Origin: Octopus bimaculoides
Taxonomy: Eukaryota
NCBI RefSeq assembly: GCF_001194135.2
Contig: NC_068989.1
Location: 94,045,992 to 94,109,991, forward strand
Length of the DNA stretch: 64,000 nt
Direction of reading: 5' to 3'
Both the position numbers and the translations under genes were made by a program. Below, one piece after another: positions 25,864 through 38,239 of this stretch (positions are counted from its first letter, which is position 1; every line of letters begins with the position of its first letter). Below the pieces are notes generated by a model. The model ran no database searches. It was given only the letters and a program-made list of their open reading frames with translations, and was not told where the DNA came from.

Positions 25864-26158
25864 CGTTTTTCGTTTGCTTGATTCAGTCACTAGACTAAGG
25901 CCATGTTGGGGAATCACCTTGAAGAATTTTTAGTCGAAAGATCGATCTCAGGACTTATATTTTGGTTAAACCTGGTTCTTATTTTATCAGCACTTTCATT
26001 AAAATCGCTAAGTCACTGGAAAACCGACTGTCAAGCGGTGGTGGGAACAAACACAGATGAAAAGATACACGCACACTCACACACATAAATACGATGGGCT
26101 TCTTTCAGTTTCTGTCTACCAAATTCACTGACAAGGCTTTGGTCAGCCCGAGACTTAT
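25864..26158 (-). mobile_element. OK-type SINE (5'-truncated or interrupted)
   Basis: Reverse complement of the body and tail of 34987-35381 (GATGGGCTTCTTTCAGTTTCTGTCTACCAAAT; GATTCAGTCAC...GGCCATG). Confidence 0.8.
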
Positions 26159-26540
26159 TCCCATCAAAACATCTGTCAACTGTAAGCATAACAGGCCGGA
26201 TATTGTTGTGTGGGACATAGGGGCAAACATGTACCATCACAGTGGTTAGCTACCTTGCAGATATTCGTATCACTTTGAAAAAACAACAATAACAAAAAAA
26301 TGAGGATATATATGGAGAACTGCTTCGAAATCTCCAGCTTCTATATCCAGACTATGAATTCATATTCAAATCAATAATAATTGGATCGCTAGGCTTTGTT
26401 AGTAAATGCTTAAAAGATAATCTGGATAAACTGGTATTTTCAGAAAGAGAAATTGACTGGCTGATTCGTCCATTAGAAGTGCAATCTGTGAGTGGAACAG
26501 TTAAAATATGCAAGGCTTTTCTCAAGTTCCAAATATGAAT
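26159..26540 (+). mobile_element. REL-endonuclease non-LTR retrotransposon 3' end (R4/Dong/R2-like)
   Basis: KHNRPDIVVWD...EDIYGELLRNLQLLYPDYEF....IIIGSLG...QSVSGTVKICKAFLKF; the RPD motif marks a restriction-like endonuclease. Confidence 0.8.
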
Positions 26541-27085
26541 ATGTATTAACTACATCCCAAAGATGGAGCCTTGTATCTTTGATGGAAACTTCCTCCCACC
26601 TCAGTGGAAAATTTATAATATTTAAAAAACAGAAGAGACATACATACGCACGTATCAACATACAAACATAAATTTGTTAGTCGTGTATCCAAGAACTACA
26701 AAGCTTGTTGCATCTGAAATAACATTACGAGAATATGTAATTTGCGTAGATACTGATTTTCTTAGTTTAGAAAATATTAAAATTTTGCTGTGTTTTGAAC
26801 ATGAATCTAAATGAATTAGCAATTCGTTAGATATATTCCTTAAAGCATGATTGACGACACTCTAAATTGAAATTGCTGTACTTAAAATGTATGTAAACAC
26901 ATAATTAATGAGTAATCATTAATATGCTGAACATAGACAATACATTATCAGAGTAGTTGTGTTTTTTTCAAAATAAAAGAAACGATGAGAAAAATACTGA
27001 TGCAATAGAGAAACGAAAGTGATACGGTAAACTTCATATGAAATGAGAATGTAAGTGTTGACTGCAAGAATTATGATCTGTAATA

Positions 27086-27384
27086 TATTGGTTATAAATT
27101 TTCGTACAAGGCCAGCATTTTCCGGGGATAAAGGTGAAACGATATTGAACACAGCTAGAGTTCATCAGCGGGCCTTAACATAAATCGCACAAAACTATAG
27201 CACAAGAGAGAATAATAGTAGTAAGAGATGAAATATGTGAGGGAAACTGGTACGGCTTCTTGGGATAGACCTCAGATACTTATTTATTCGATCCCGAAAT
27301 AATGAAAGCAGTATTGACATGGACGGAATTTGAATGACGCTAAGCATTGTCTGCGGTGTGCTAACCGTTCTACCAGATTGTCGC
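27086..27384 (-). mobile_element. OR-type SINE, diverged, with internal insertion
   Basis: TTTTCGTACAAGGCCAGCA tail and CTAACCGTTCTACCAG head reverse complements, separated by extra sequence. Confidence 0.6.
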
Positions 27385-29967
27385 ATTAAGATATGCAAAT
27401 TATCGGAAGCTAAGTTCATTCAGACTTGAAATGAAATGAAGTTTCAGTGAGTGAATGAAAGGGGTTACTGCTATGAGTAAAATATAACTATAATTATTAA
27501 ATATAGGAAAAGAAATAGATATGAAAATTATAATAAACTTAAATCGTTCTAAGCAAAAATATTACAGCATTTAATGCTGAATTTTGAACATCTGAAAGTT
27601 ATTTTCAGGTTGTCAATGAATATTATTGTATTACAACATGCTTTAAAATTTTATCGTCGTTTAGTTTAATTGGTATAATATTTGGGAATTTAACCTACTG
27701 TGACTATCAGTAGACATGTTAAATTAACCGTGCAAGTCTTGATTTTCTGTGCAAAAAACTTTATCACATATTAACGCACGGACGTAGTGGGGAGCCTACA
27801 AGAATTTCTAAGATTACTACTAATTACGAGAGCTTTCTCTACTACATTTGGCAGTTAAAATTCAGACAGTCCTGACTACTACGATTTGCCACTGGACATT
27901 TTCCCTCAAATGTGACGGCTTTAACTAACGAAGCCCAAAATATTGTCACATGACATTAAAGAACGGACGTAGCGGGCAACTTACAAAAGTTTCTATAACC
28001 TAATCACGTGATCATCCTCGATCAATCAAAACGCATCTAATTTGAGCCATCTTCTCTCTATAAATCCAAGACAATATGTGAATTTCGGCCAGAAGAAAGG
28101 CAGTGTAAACAAAGGAAAAAAACCTGCTGGTTAAAAACGAACTCATGAACAAAATATTTGTATCTTTATTTATATTTTTCATTTTCATTGTAAAATTCGA
28201 TTTTATTCCTGTTATCATGACTTTAAACGCAGCCCCGTGTAAGACTGTTCTGCCCTTTATAGGCAATAACGAAATACAGAAGCAAGGCAGTTGTTGCAGA
28301 GTTCCACGTGTTTCTCTCTCAACTTTTAAAAATCACAGAAATCCGTGAAACCGGTTAAAAATTTAAAAATAAAGAAATTCTAAACGAATTTCAGTGCAAT
28401 TCCAACTTCTTTTTTCTACCTGAGTAAAACAAAAGTAGCTCTCTCTTACATATGTATGTGTGTGGGTGGATGTGTGTGGGGGTATTTATACAATGTCAAT
28501 GGAAATTGAATTTTACAGATTAATTAGCATCAAGTTAATATTGGGATTATTGAAAATATGATTATTCTTTCCTGCCACGTAATTTGATACTTGGAGATAG
28601 ATGCGCGAAAGTATAAATAAAATTGCCTAAGAGTGAGATACCAAGTCATTTCTTATATTGCGATAATTAAATTATATAATCTCTGGAGTGTTGTTTATTT
28701 AATTTTACTTGCACGTTAATTACGACTTTCGACCTTCCCTAATAATATATTCCAAGTTTTGATTGATACAACTACATAAATCTATGACATTCACACTGTG
28801 CCAGACATTTGTATGTTGTGAGTTACACACATGCAGCGAGGTATATACTTATATGTACATGGGAATATGTTTACTGCATTAATTTTTATTCACTTTCAAT
28901 TTCTAATAGAAAATTAAGATTTTATTTTAAAATTCAATTAATATTCAATTAACTCACTAATAAAAATTATTCCTCTCAAGAAATAAACTTAATTTGCATT
29001 CACCATTAGATCAATAATACTTGTTGTACACACTTTGACGTCCAGATATTGGTCACGAAGGCACCGTTTAACAAACGTTTCTACCATTCTGAATTACAAG
29101 TCACATGTGATAATATTTTAATCATTGACTTCTGCTCGGTGTTGCTCCATTTATGTGTTATGAAGCATATTTCATTGTATCCGTTCTTCAATTTTCCCTA
29201 AAATCTTTCTAAACTTGATTTTTAATTTAAGCTTCGACAATGTTTTGCTTGTATAACTGAAAGAAAACAGGCAATTGTCTTTTACAATAAAAAGCCTGGT
29301 ACCGTCCAATAACTTGTGAGTGAAATTTGTAGACGGAAACTGTGTGGAAGCCCATAATATATACATATAAATTAAGGTTATAATCATTACAATGATTATA
29401 TCAGTGGCTAGTATATATAGTGATCGTATCGGTAAAATTAATTCTTTTAAGTATATAATTATAGTTATTAATAAGGAATCTAGAATTGCGTCGCCTATAT
29501 GCTAGGAAATAGAAGACAAACAACTCTAAAAGCAGTTCTCCATTTATAACGACAAGCCGGATGCGAGGTAATGGGCCAGAAAATTTTAAAATGGAGAACT
29601 ATTTTTGGAGTGGTTTGTAGATATTTTACTTCTTTTTTTTTTTTTAGCGTATAGGCGATGGAATTCCAGAGACCTTATTTATAATTATATTTTATAATCG
29701 TATACTGAAACACACACACGTGTGTGTGTGTGTGCGTGCGTGCGTGCGTGTGTGCGCGCGCGCATACATAACAGTAGACAACCACTATATGTATATATAT
29801 CTCAAAATAAGCCACAGGATATCAAGAGGTGATGCAGGGCGGCGTTTCGAGCGGCTCCATTTTATTCAGCTTACTTTGCGTTGTACGGATAATATTGTAC
29901 TGACTTTGTACTTCAACTTAAGTACCTAATTCAACTAAATCTCAATTATTTCATTATATATATGCAC

Positions 29968-30070
29968 AATTATAAACAAGGGAAAAAGAAAAAAAGATTT
30001 CTATGCTAATATGCTGAGAATACACTTTAAATTGTCAATCACCACATACAATATACATTCATTATGAATA
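29968..30070. mobile_element. Half copy (one arm) of the 22042 foldback MITE
   Basis: AATTATAAACAAGGGAAAAAGAAAAAAAGATTTCTATGCTAATATGCTGAGAATACACTTTAAATTGTCAATCACC is about 90% identical by eye to an arm of 22042-22239. Confidence 0.85.
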
Positions 30071-30166
30071 TATGCCATGTTGAAGTCGGGACTGGTAACT
30101 ACTCAAAGTTGTGGTTCGTGACCGGTCACCTTTGTGCTGGAGCTTGCTAAAGGATTTTACATTTAG

Positions 30167-30240
30167 ATATAACTGGGGTACTTATTGGGATACTTATGTG
30201 TACACATTACTCTTGCTTATGCTTTTTTCTATGGATACTT
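30167..30240 (+). CDS. Candidate 74-nt coding exon (ITGVLIGILMCTHYSCLCFFLWIL; adhesion/secretin-GPCR TM3-like)
   Basis: ttttacatttag acceptor and CTT/gtaagt donor; contains HYxxLxxFxW. An alternative open frame (YNWGTYWDTYVY...) also exists. Confidence 0.33.
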
Positions 30241-31669
30241 GTAAGTATTCCATTTATTTCTTATCGTATTCTCTACTGAAGAGGAAAAAATCCGTGGGAT
30301 TAATCCCGAAATTCATTCAATGTAGAGATAATGAATTAAAAAAAAAAAAATTCTGTTAGCTTGCCTTCCTCGATTTCAACACTGCGTGTATTCATGGTNN
30401 NNNNNNNNNNNNNNNNNNNNNNNNNNNNNNNNNNNNNNNNNNNNNNNNNNNNNNNNNNNNNNNNNNNNNNNNNNNNNNNNNNNNNNNNNNNNNNNNNNNN
30501 NNNNNNNNNNNNNNNNNNNNNNNNNNNNNNNNNNNNNNNNNNNNNNNNNNNNNNNNNNNNNNNNNNNNNNNNNNNNNNNNNNNNNNNNNNNNNNNNNNNN
30601 NNNNNNNNNNNNNNNNNNNNNNNNNNNNNNNNNNNNNNNNNNNNNNNNNNNNNNNNNNNNNNNNNNNNNNNNNNNNNNNNNNNNNNNNNNNNNNNNNNNN
30701 NNNNNNNNNNNNNNNNNNNNNNNNNNNNNNNNNNNNNNNNNNNNNNNNNNNNNNNNNNNNNNNNNNNNNNNNNNNNNNNNNNNNNNNNNNNNNNNNNNNN
30801 NNNNNNNNNNNNNNNNNNNNNNNNNNNNNNNNNNNNNNNNNNNNNNNNNNNNNNNNNNNNNNNNNNNNNNNNNNNNNNNNNNNNNNNNNNNNNNNNNNNN
30901 NNNNNNNNNNNNNNNNNNNNNNNNNNNNNNNNNNNNNNNNNNNNNNNNNNNNNNNNNNNNNNNNNNNNNNNNNNNNNNNNNNNNNNNNNNNNNNNNNNNN
31001 NNNNNNNNNNNNNNNNNNNNNNNNNNNNNNNNNNNNNNNNNNNNNNNNNNNNNNNNNNTATCTTTATCTTTTTCTTCCTTCTCTCGCTCTTAGTCTTCAG
31101 GTTGCGTGATGCGGAGCAATGGAGGGATGCTATCCATTCATATTTCCTGTTAAGTTTCGGTCTCTTTATTACTGTGTGCGTATCCATATTTGCGCGTGTG
31201 TATGTGCCTGTATCTCTATATGTATGTTTTTATGTATGCGTGTCTCTACTACACAGAGACATGTGAACACACACACACGCGCAGATAAGGGTACACACTA
31301 CAGAAATACAAAACGGAACAGGAAGAGGCACGTGGGACGGGGAAATGTTGAAGAGGTCACAGGATGTGTGGCAAAAGATTTCAGACGAAGGATACTGAAA
31401 TAAGAATAATAATAAAACTTTAGGGAAGGACAAGTGTATAGCGTGTGTTGTTAATTGGCAAAAAGAATATGACCATCGCTCAATACAAAAGTGAAAATCA
31501 GTCTTGTGGTCTATGTGTTCAACCAAAACACTTTAAGGCTCTGCCTCAGCAGGGCTACACTCCCGTGGCTGAGAACAGTAAAAGATAAAAGGGCATATAT
31601 TGATTTAATATAGAACAAGGCAACACCAACGTCCTCCCAACTATTGCCCGGAGATGAGTTTTAAAATGA

Positions 31670-31942
31670 GAATATCTAAAATAAACTCGACTGCTTTCAC
31701 AAACGAGAATGCCCAAAAATGAACCCGAGCACTCTCAAAAATTAAGTAAAGAAACCGGGAAAATAGTCCAGAAACTTTGTCCGGTACAGGATCGATCCCG
31801 AAATCTAAGCGTTACGTGCTAGTTACGAGGCCAAACATCCCTGAAAGTTTCATCCGAATCCATCCAGCAGTTCTTGAGATATCTTGTCCACGGACAAACA
31901 AACAAACACGGCTGAAAACAATACCGGTAAGGCGGAGGTAAT
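31670..31942 (+). mobile_element. Non-autonomous Helentron/DINE-like element (HINE-type)
   Basis: AAAGTTTCATCCGAATCCATCCAGC...ACGGAC(AAAC)3 microsatellite, then a remnant 3' stem-loop TACC...GGCGGAGGTA followed by AAT. Confidence 0.55.
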
Positions 31943-33239
31943 AATAGAATATAATCCATTCAGGAGACAGGAACGATGATTTGTACCTAGCACCATATTC
32001 ATTATATAGGTTTAACCTTTACTGAAATGAATAAATAGAAAGAAAATGGCATACTAGGAAGCACACATACATTAAAGTGGGAGGCTTATAAGAATAGAAG
32101 GGAAGTGCCATTACAAATGATAGAATTGCAACAAAAGCCGTTTGTTGAACTAAGCTATATGTAAACAAACTTTTATGGACGAAATTAATGGATGGTTTAT
32201 CTGAAATACTAAAGTTTACCTTTGAAATATATTGAGTTGAAGCAATTATTTAATTATGAAAGAAAGTTTCTAATTAAGTGTAGGAACTGTCATATTTTAC
32301 TATATTTTAATGTTAGCTTTTCTCCGAAAATAAAGGAGAGGAATATGAAAACAAGTATTGTGTAAAAATTTTTAAAAAAACAGAATGTAACATGAAATAT
32401 GCTTGTAAAGCAGAATTATATGTTGTAAAACTGTTTGTTTAATATTGTCAAATATGTTAATCCAATATTGTGAAATTGAGGCTATTTGCGATTATATGCA
32501 GAAGAAAAAAATTTAATTTGATTATAGAAGATTTCTATATAATATACAAAGCTTATAGAAATAAAATTTAAAATAAAGATGTTGAATTAATGTGAAGCGA
32601 TATATAGATGTAAATTTATTGATAAAATGATACATAAAGAACACAAGTAACAAAAATGAATTTATCTTAGAACGGTGTGATGTTTAGTAGGAAACACCAC
32701 ATGTGAGAAATTGTATTAATTAGGGTAATGTAATTCAGCTAATCTATTCAAACTCAAAACTAAAGTATAGTTGTAAGGAAACTATACGCTAACATAGAGA
32801 TCAATGCATGGAATACAAAATAAGGGAACGAAATTATTAAAGGTAAGTAATATTCATAACTAGATTTATAAATAAATAATGCATCGGAATGTGATCATAG
32901 AACCGGAAAGTTAGAGGGAAGTATTATAGTGAGAAGTGAAATAGGATGAAGCAAAGGGAAGGAGAAAATATCAGAAATATGTGAATATAAGGCCCTGCAT
33001 AAATACACACAGGCACAATAACAAAGTAATGTTATATATGAATGAATGTAGTACTTAATCAGCTATATATCCTGTACAATGGATATGGCATACAGTAAAT
33101 ATAATGTATACTTATAGAATACTCAATAAATATTGATGCAATATAGAGAGTATATCCACACATATTTATGTATAAAATACGTAAATAAATAAATACATAT
33201 TGCAAGCTAAAAACACCTTATTATACTTCTCTGATATTT

Positions 33240-33410
33240 CAGGACGTCAAATGTCCAAATGCTGTCCTAAAGAACTCAGAAATATACAAAGCACCTCTAC
33301 TGAAACACCAAAAAGACATTCGATAAACTGATAACAACCAGACCAGCTAATAATTCGAGGTTACACTCAAGGAAGATCAGCTGCTACAAACACATTCATA
33401 ATCCAATTTT
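33240..33410 (+). mobile_element. CR1/L2-type LINE 3' relic
   Basis: Degenerate PKELRNI...ET.K...DKL....PDQ..IRGYT, like LP..LRN....FK..LD..L...PDQP...GY. Confidence 0.55.
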
Positions 33411-33519
33411 GTGTCGTAAAGAGACAACAAACCTGATAGAAAATATATGAAAGGGGTGCTCCAGCATGGCCAAATTCTACTAAAGGAATAAAATAATTAC
33501 GAATGTATATACATATATA

Positions 33520-34086
33520 CGAGAGTGAGTCAAAAAGTAATGCCATTTTGTTTAGGACAGGTATAATTACCAACACAGGAACATGTATCATACATCAAAA
33601 GGAAGCTGGTCCTCTGTGGATCACATCCCTACTTCTCAACATAGTCACCGTTTCTCTCAATAGCAATGTTCCACCTTCGAATGAGAGCATGTATCCCTGC
33701 CCAATAAAATTCTGTTGACAGTTCTTTGAGCTACCTCTTCACTACATTTTCACTTTTTCGTCACTGGAATAATTTAGCACCTTCAAACTTTTATCTGATC
33801 GGCCCCATGAAAGAGGGTTTGAGAAGCAAACATTATTCCAGTGACGAGGAAGTGAAAACTGTAGTGAAGAAGTGGCTCAAAGAACAGTCAACATAATTTT
33901 ACGGGGCAGGGATTCATGCTCTCATTCGAAGGTGGAACATTGCTATTGAGAGAAACGGTGACTATGTTGAGAAGTAGGGATGTGATCCACAGAGGACCGG
34001 CTTCATTTTGATGTATGATACATGTTCCTGTGTTGGTAATTATACCTGTCCTAAACAAAATCGCAATATTTTTTGACTCACCCTCG
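33520..34086. mobile_element. Mariner-derived foldback element with about 254-bp inverted arms and TA TSD
   Basis: TA|CGAGAGTGAGTCAAAAAG...TTTTTGACTCACCCTCG|TA; arms 33520-33773 and 33832-34086; the right part encodes LAPSNFYLIGPMKEGLRSKHYSSDEEVK...RRWNIAIERNGDYVEK*. Confidence 0.92.
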
Positions 34087-34986
34087 TACATTATATATAT
34101 ATATATATATAATAAAGTTGTAAGGTACCGCACGAGTGGAAATATATATGAAAGAAGGTTTGAAAATGCAACTTTAAAGATGTTGCTTATCCACTTGACC
34201 GGTTTCACTTATTTTAGGAAAAGATTGTCAAACTTGAAATGTAAAGCTTTGTATGAGCTTTGTTGTGTTAAGTACTGGTTATCACAAAAGTATTAAAATA
34301 CATACATACATTATTTGATGATAATAAGGAAATGTTAAAAACAGTTTACAAAAAAGTATTTAATTTTGTTCTTAAATGGAAATTTAGTAAAACACAATAA
34401 AAATATTAAATCCTTAGATAATCTCTGAAGGAAATGAATTCAGAACGTATTGAATCGTAAATAATATCACGCCACATTTTGTTTGAGATTTTAATGAATC
34501 TGCCAATCTACCTCCGCAATATTATTGAATGTGAATGTATTATTTCTATTAGAGATCCCCCCCCCCAACACACAGAAACACATACATACACACACACATT
34601 CATACACATAACGCGCGCGCGCACACACACACACCTTGAACTGAAAATAGCATATAATGATTTGTAATGAGTCGCGTGTAACTTGACTGATTCTAAGATG
34701 GTGTCCAATATCTCTCACACGTAAAAGGCGATTAAAATTTCGAACCAGCAGAGAACTTATATTTCAAAACTTTTTTTGATCGGTTTATATCAAAATCAGT
34801 CCAAAATTACAATATAATGATCTGAGATGATTGGCTATTAAGAGTATCTTTTTAGAAGACAGATATAATTTGTTTGTAACAAGACATGGTAACAATATAT
34901 ATTTTGTTTAATAATCAAATAAAGATCCTTCATCTTTTGTTGATCCACTAACGTTTCATCATATGGTATGCATAAATTATCATCTC

Positions 34987-35381
34987 AGGAGTGGATGTGT
35001 GGTAAGTAGCTTGCTTACCAACCACATGGTTCCGGGTTCATTCCTACTGCGTGGCACCTTGGGCAAGTTTCATCTACTATAGTCTCGGGCCGACCAAAGC
35101 CTTGTGAGTGGATTTGGTAGTCGGAAACTGAAAGAAGCCCGTCAAATATACGCATATATATATATATATATATGCGTATATGTCTGTCCCCCCAGCATCG
35201 CTTGACAGCCGATAGTGGTGTGTTTACGTCCCCGTAACGCAGCGGTTCGGCAAAAAAGACCGATAGAATAAGTACTACGCTTCCAAAGAATAAGTCCCGG
35301 GGTCGATTTGCTCGACTAAAAGGCGGTGCTCCACCATGGCCGCAGTCAAATGACTGAAACAAGTAAAAGAATAAAAGAGTA
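34987..35381 (+). mobile_element. Full-length OK-type tRNA-derived SINE
   Basis: A box (GTGTGGTAAGTAGCTTG), B box (GGTTCATTCC), internal (AT)n, central domain and CAAATGACTGAAACAAGTAAAAGAATAAAAGAG tail. Confidence 0.9.
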
Positions 35382-36496
35382 TTAACCAAACAGGTTAAAA
35401 TTCATTGATTCAGAAAACTTCAAACTAGAGAATAAGAGTCGTTGTATTTAGTAAGTTTAGGTGTCGTTAAATCGAAACTGATTAAATCATAACTGAACCT
35501 CATATTTTCTTCACCACCGAATATTAGAAGTAACGAATTGACATTGATGCAGTCGCTGCAGATTCTTCTCCTTAAAAAGCGATCAGCAGCCTTGAAATAT
35601 AACATCAGTATTTACAAACGATATATTGGAGCTTCTGTCAACATTTATATTTGTTTTTGCATCTTCACAATAACGAAAGAATTTTAACAAAATTTATGTG
35701 ACAACCTCTTTAGAAAAGATTTTATTCAATGTAGGTGGTATTGGCGGCGGCGACAGCGAATGAATTATTTTCCTGTTATTTTTGTCCCGACAAGTAAATT
35801 GTGAAATGCTTCTGCATTTACGTTGTATTCTTCTTGACATCGCTGATAATGTCATTTCAATTAGATTTGTCATTCCTTGCAGCAAAATTCCTTAAAACTA
35901 GTCACTCTGTTGTAATTTCCCTGTCAGTTATCTTCAACGATTTTACCAGTTACGAACGTTCGTTTACATCACCTGCCAGGCAAAACGGTAAACTCCGATA
36001 TGCTCACAAAGGAAAATGAAACTGAAAATCGAATACTTTTAGAAATAGGGAAATGAATCACAGGACATAAAACACAAAATAATGAATTATAAATGATATA
36101 TACGTTATTTGTTTATTTCATTTTCGGTTTCTTGTAAGCAAGCAAATATTCGTCGATAGACTGAACGAATGAATATGAAATGTGGTAGGATAAACCTAAG
36201 AAGCTGTAATGATTAAAATCTGGTGGTTGCAATGTATTAATAAATCAGTTTCACTATTTTTTAAACTTCCTCGTTCGGATTTTCCAGATATTGTTAATTT
36301 GTGAATATGAAGGAAGTTGCAAATCTTTCTTATCTACTTTAAGGTCACATACCCACCATATATTCTATTAATTGTCATTTAATTACTTTGGTTAGAAAAA
36401 CACTTTCTTCTCAGTTGCAGTAGTTGTTATTCTAATTAACAATGATAATGATAAAAAAAATTATAGTAGCAATTGTAATAATTAACAATAATGGAA

Positions 36497-36705
36497 CAAA
36501 TTTCGGAACAAGGACAGCAATTTTGGAGAGGGAGTTGGTTGATTATATCTACTCCCGTACCTGAGTGCTACTTTATTTATGGATCACGAAAAGATTACTC
36601 TCTGAGTTTTAAACTTATCAATTTGAGTTTAAGTTTAGAGAGCCAAAAGAAAAGTCGCTAAACATTTCATCCGATACGCAATGACAGTTCAATATCGCCG
36701 CGTTT
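36497..36705 (-). mobile_element. OR-type SINE, diverged
   Basis: AAATTTCGGAACAAGGACAGCAATTTT tail reverse complement ... ATATCGCCGC head reverse complement. Confidence 0.6.
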
Positions 36706-37037
36706 AGTAATCCTTCTGACGAACGAAGCCTTGCTCAGAGGTATTTTCAAAGTTTATTTTAATTACATACATTGCAATGCCTTAGACAAATAATATCAAT
36801 GTTTCCTGAATTTCTGGATTTTGTATAAAAGCGACTGTTTGTGTAGAGTAAATTCAGTAACTCTTGTCTACTCCAAAAATCTACATAGGACTTAGTGCAG
36901 TACTGCGTTAAACAACGCATTCAATGCCCGGGAATCATAAAATGGGTCAAACTTATAACCAGATATAATAATACACATGTTAAAATAGATTTGTTGGAGT
37001 ACATGTTACAATATTTATAATGTAATATTATATGTAT

Positions 37038-37070
<33 letters not shown>

Positions 37071-37232
37071 CACGATGGGCTCCTTTCTGTTTCTGTCTAC
37101 CAAATCCACTCACATGACATTGATCGGCCCGAGTATATAGAAGACATTTGCCCATGATGTCACACAGTTGGACTGAACCCGGTACCTTGTGGTTGGGAAG
37201 CAAGCGTCTTACCATACAGCCACGCCTGCGCT
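37071..37232 (-). mobile_element. OK-type SINE 5' half
   Basis: Reverse complement begins GCGCAGGCGTGGCTGTATGGTAAGACGCTTGC; B box GGTTCAGTCC. Confidence 0.85.
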
Positions 37233-37274
37233 TATACATGCATATATATGTGTGTGTATGTGTGTGTGTGTGTG

Positions 37275-37475
37275 CATGAAGGCGCTTGGTCAAGCGATGA
37301 GACTACTACAATCGCTAGATTGTGTGTTCGATTCATAGGACGGGCAGTGCGTTGTGTTCATGAGCCAAACACTTCATTTCACATTGTCCCAGTCCGCCTT
37401 TCATTTAGAAGAAATTTTGGCCTGCTCGCCTAGCCAGTGAGGTGGCGTCATCCGAAGGCTAAAACGATGCAAAGC
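37275..37475 (+). mobile_element. tRNA-derived SINE (family of 131-225), diverged
   Basis: GAAGGCGCTTGG...GTTCGATTCATAGGACGGGC..GTTGTGTTC.TGAGC.AAACAC. Confidence 0.65.
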
Positions 37476-37490
37476 TCATTTTGACTAGCA

Positions 37491-37524
<34 letters not shown>

Positions 37525-37853
37525 TGTGGACCCTAATACAGTAAATAATTACAAATCCATCTTTGCAGGGAGAGTAGGAGTTTACGTACGAACAGCTATT
37601 TGTATAGTGATTCAGTGAAGAATAACTAACAATGCATCGTACAACCCACAAACACACATACATACATACACACATATATATGTATACATTTGTGTATGTG
37701 ATACCGAGAGAGAGGAGAGAGAGATAGAGAGCAATATATGCTTCTGTCTCTCTGTAGGTACATGTCTATCCATCTATCTATGTATACATATATAATATGT
37801 GTGTGTGTGTGTGTAATAAATAAATATATATATATGTATGTATGTATGCATGC

Positions 37854-37888
<35 letters not shown>

Positions 37889-37897
37889 CATGAATGC

Positions 37898-37931
<34 letters not shown>

Positions 37932-38113
37932 GTATGCNNNNNNNNNNNNNNNNNNNNNNNNNNNNNNNNNNNNNNNNNNNNNNNNNNNNNNNNNNNNNNN
38001 NNNNNNNNNNNNNNNNNNNNNNNNNNNNNNNNNNNNNNNNNNNNNNNNNNNNNNNNNNNNNNNNNNNNNNNNNNNNNNNNNNNNNNNNNNNNNNNNNNNN
38101 NNNNNNNNNNNTA

Positions 38114-38147
<34 letters not shown>

Positions 38148-38195
38148 CATGAATGAATGCATATATATATATATGTATGCATGCATGTATATATG

Positions 38196-38239
<44 letters not shown>

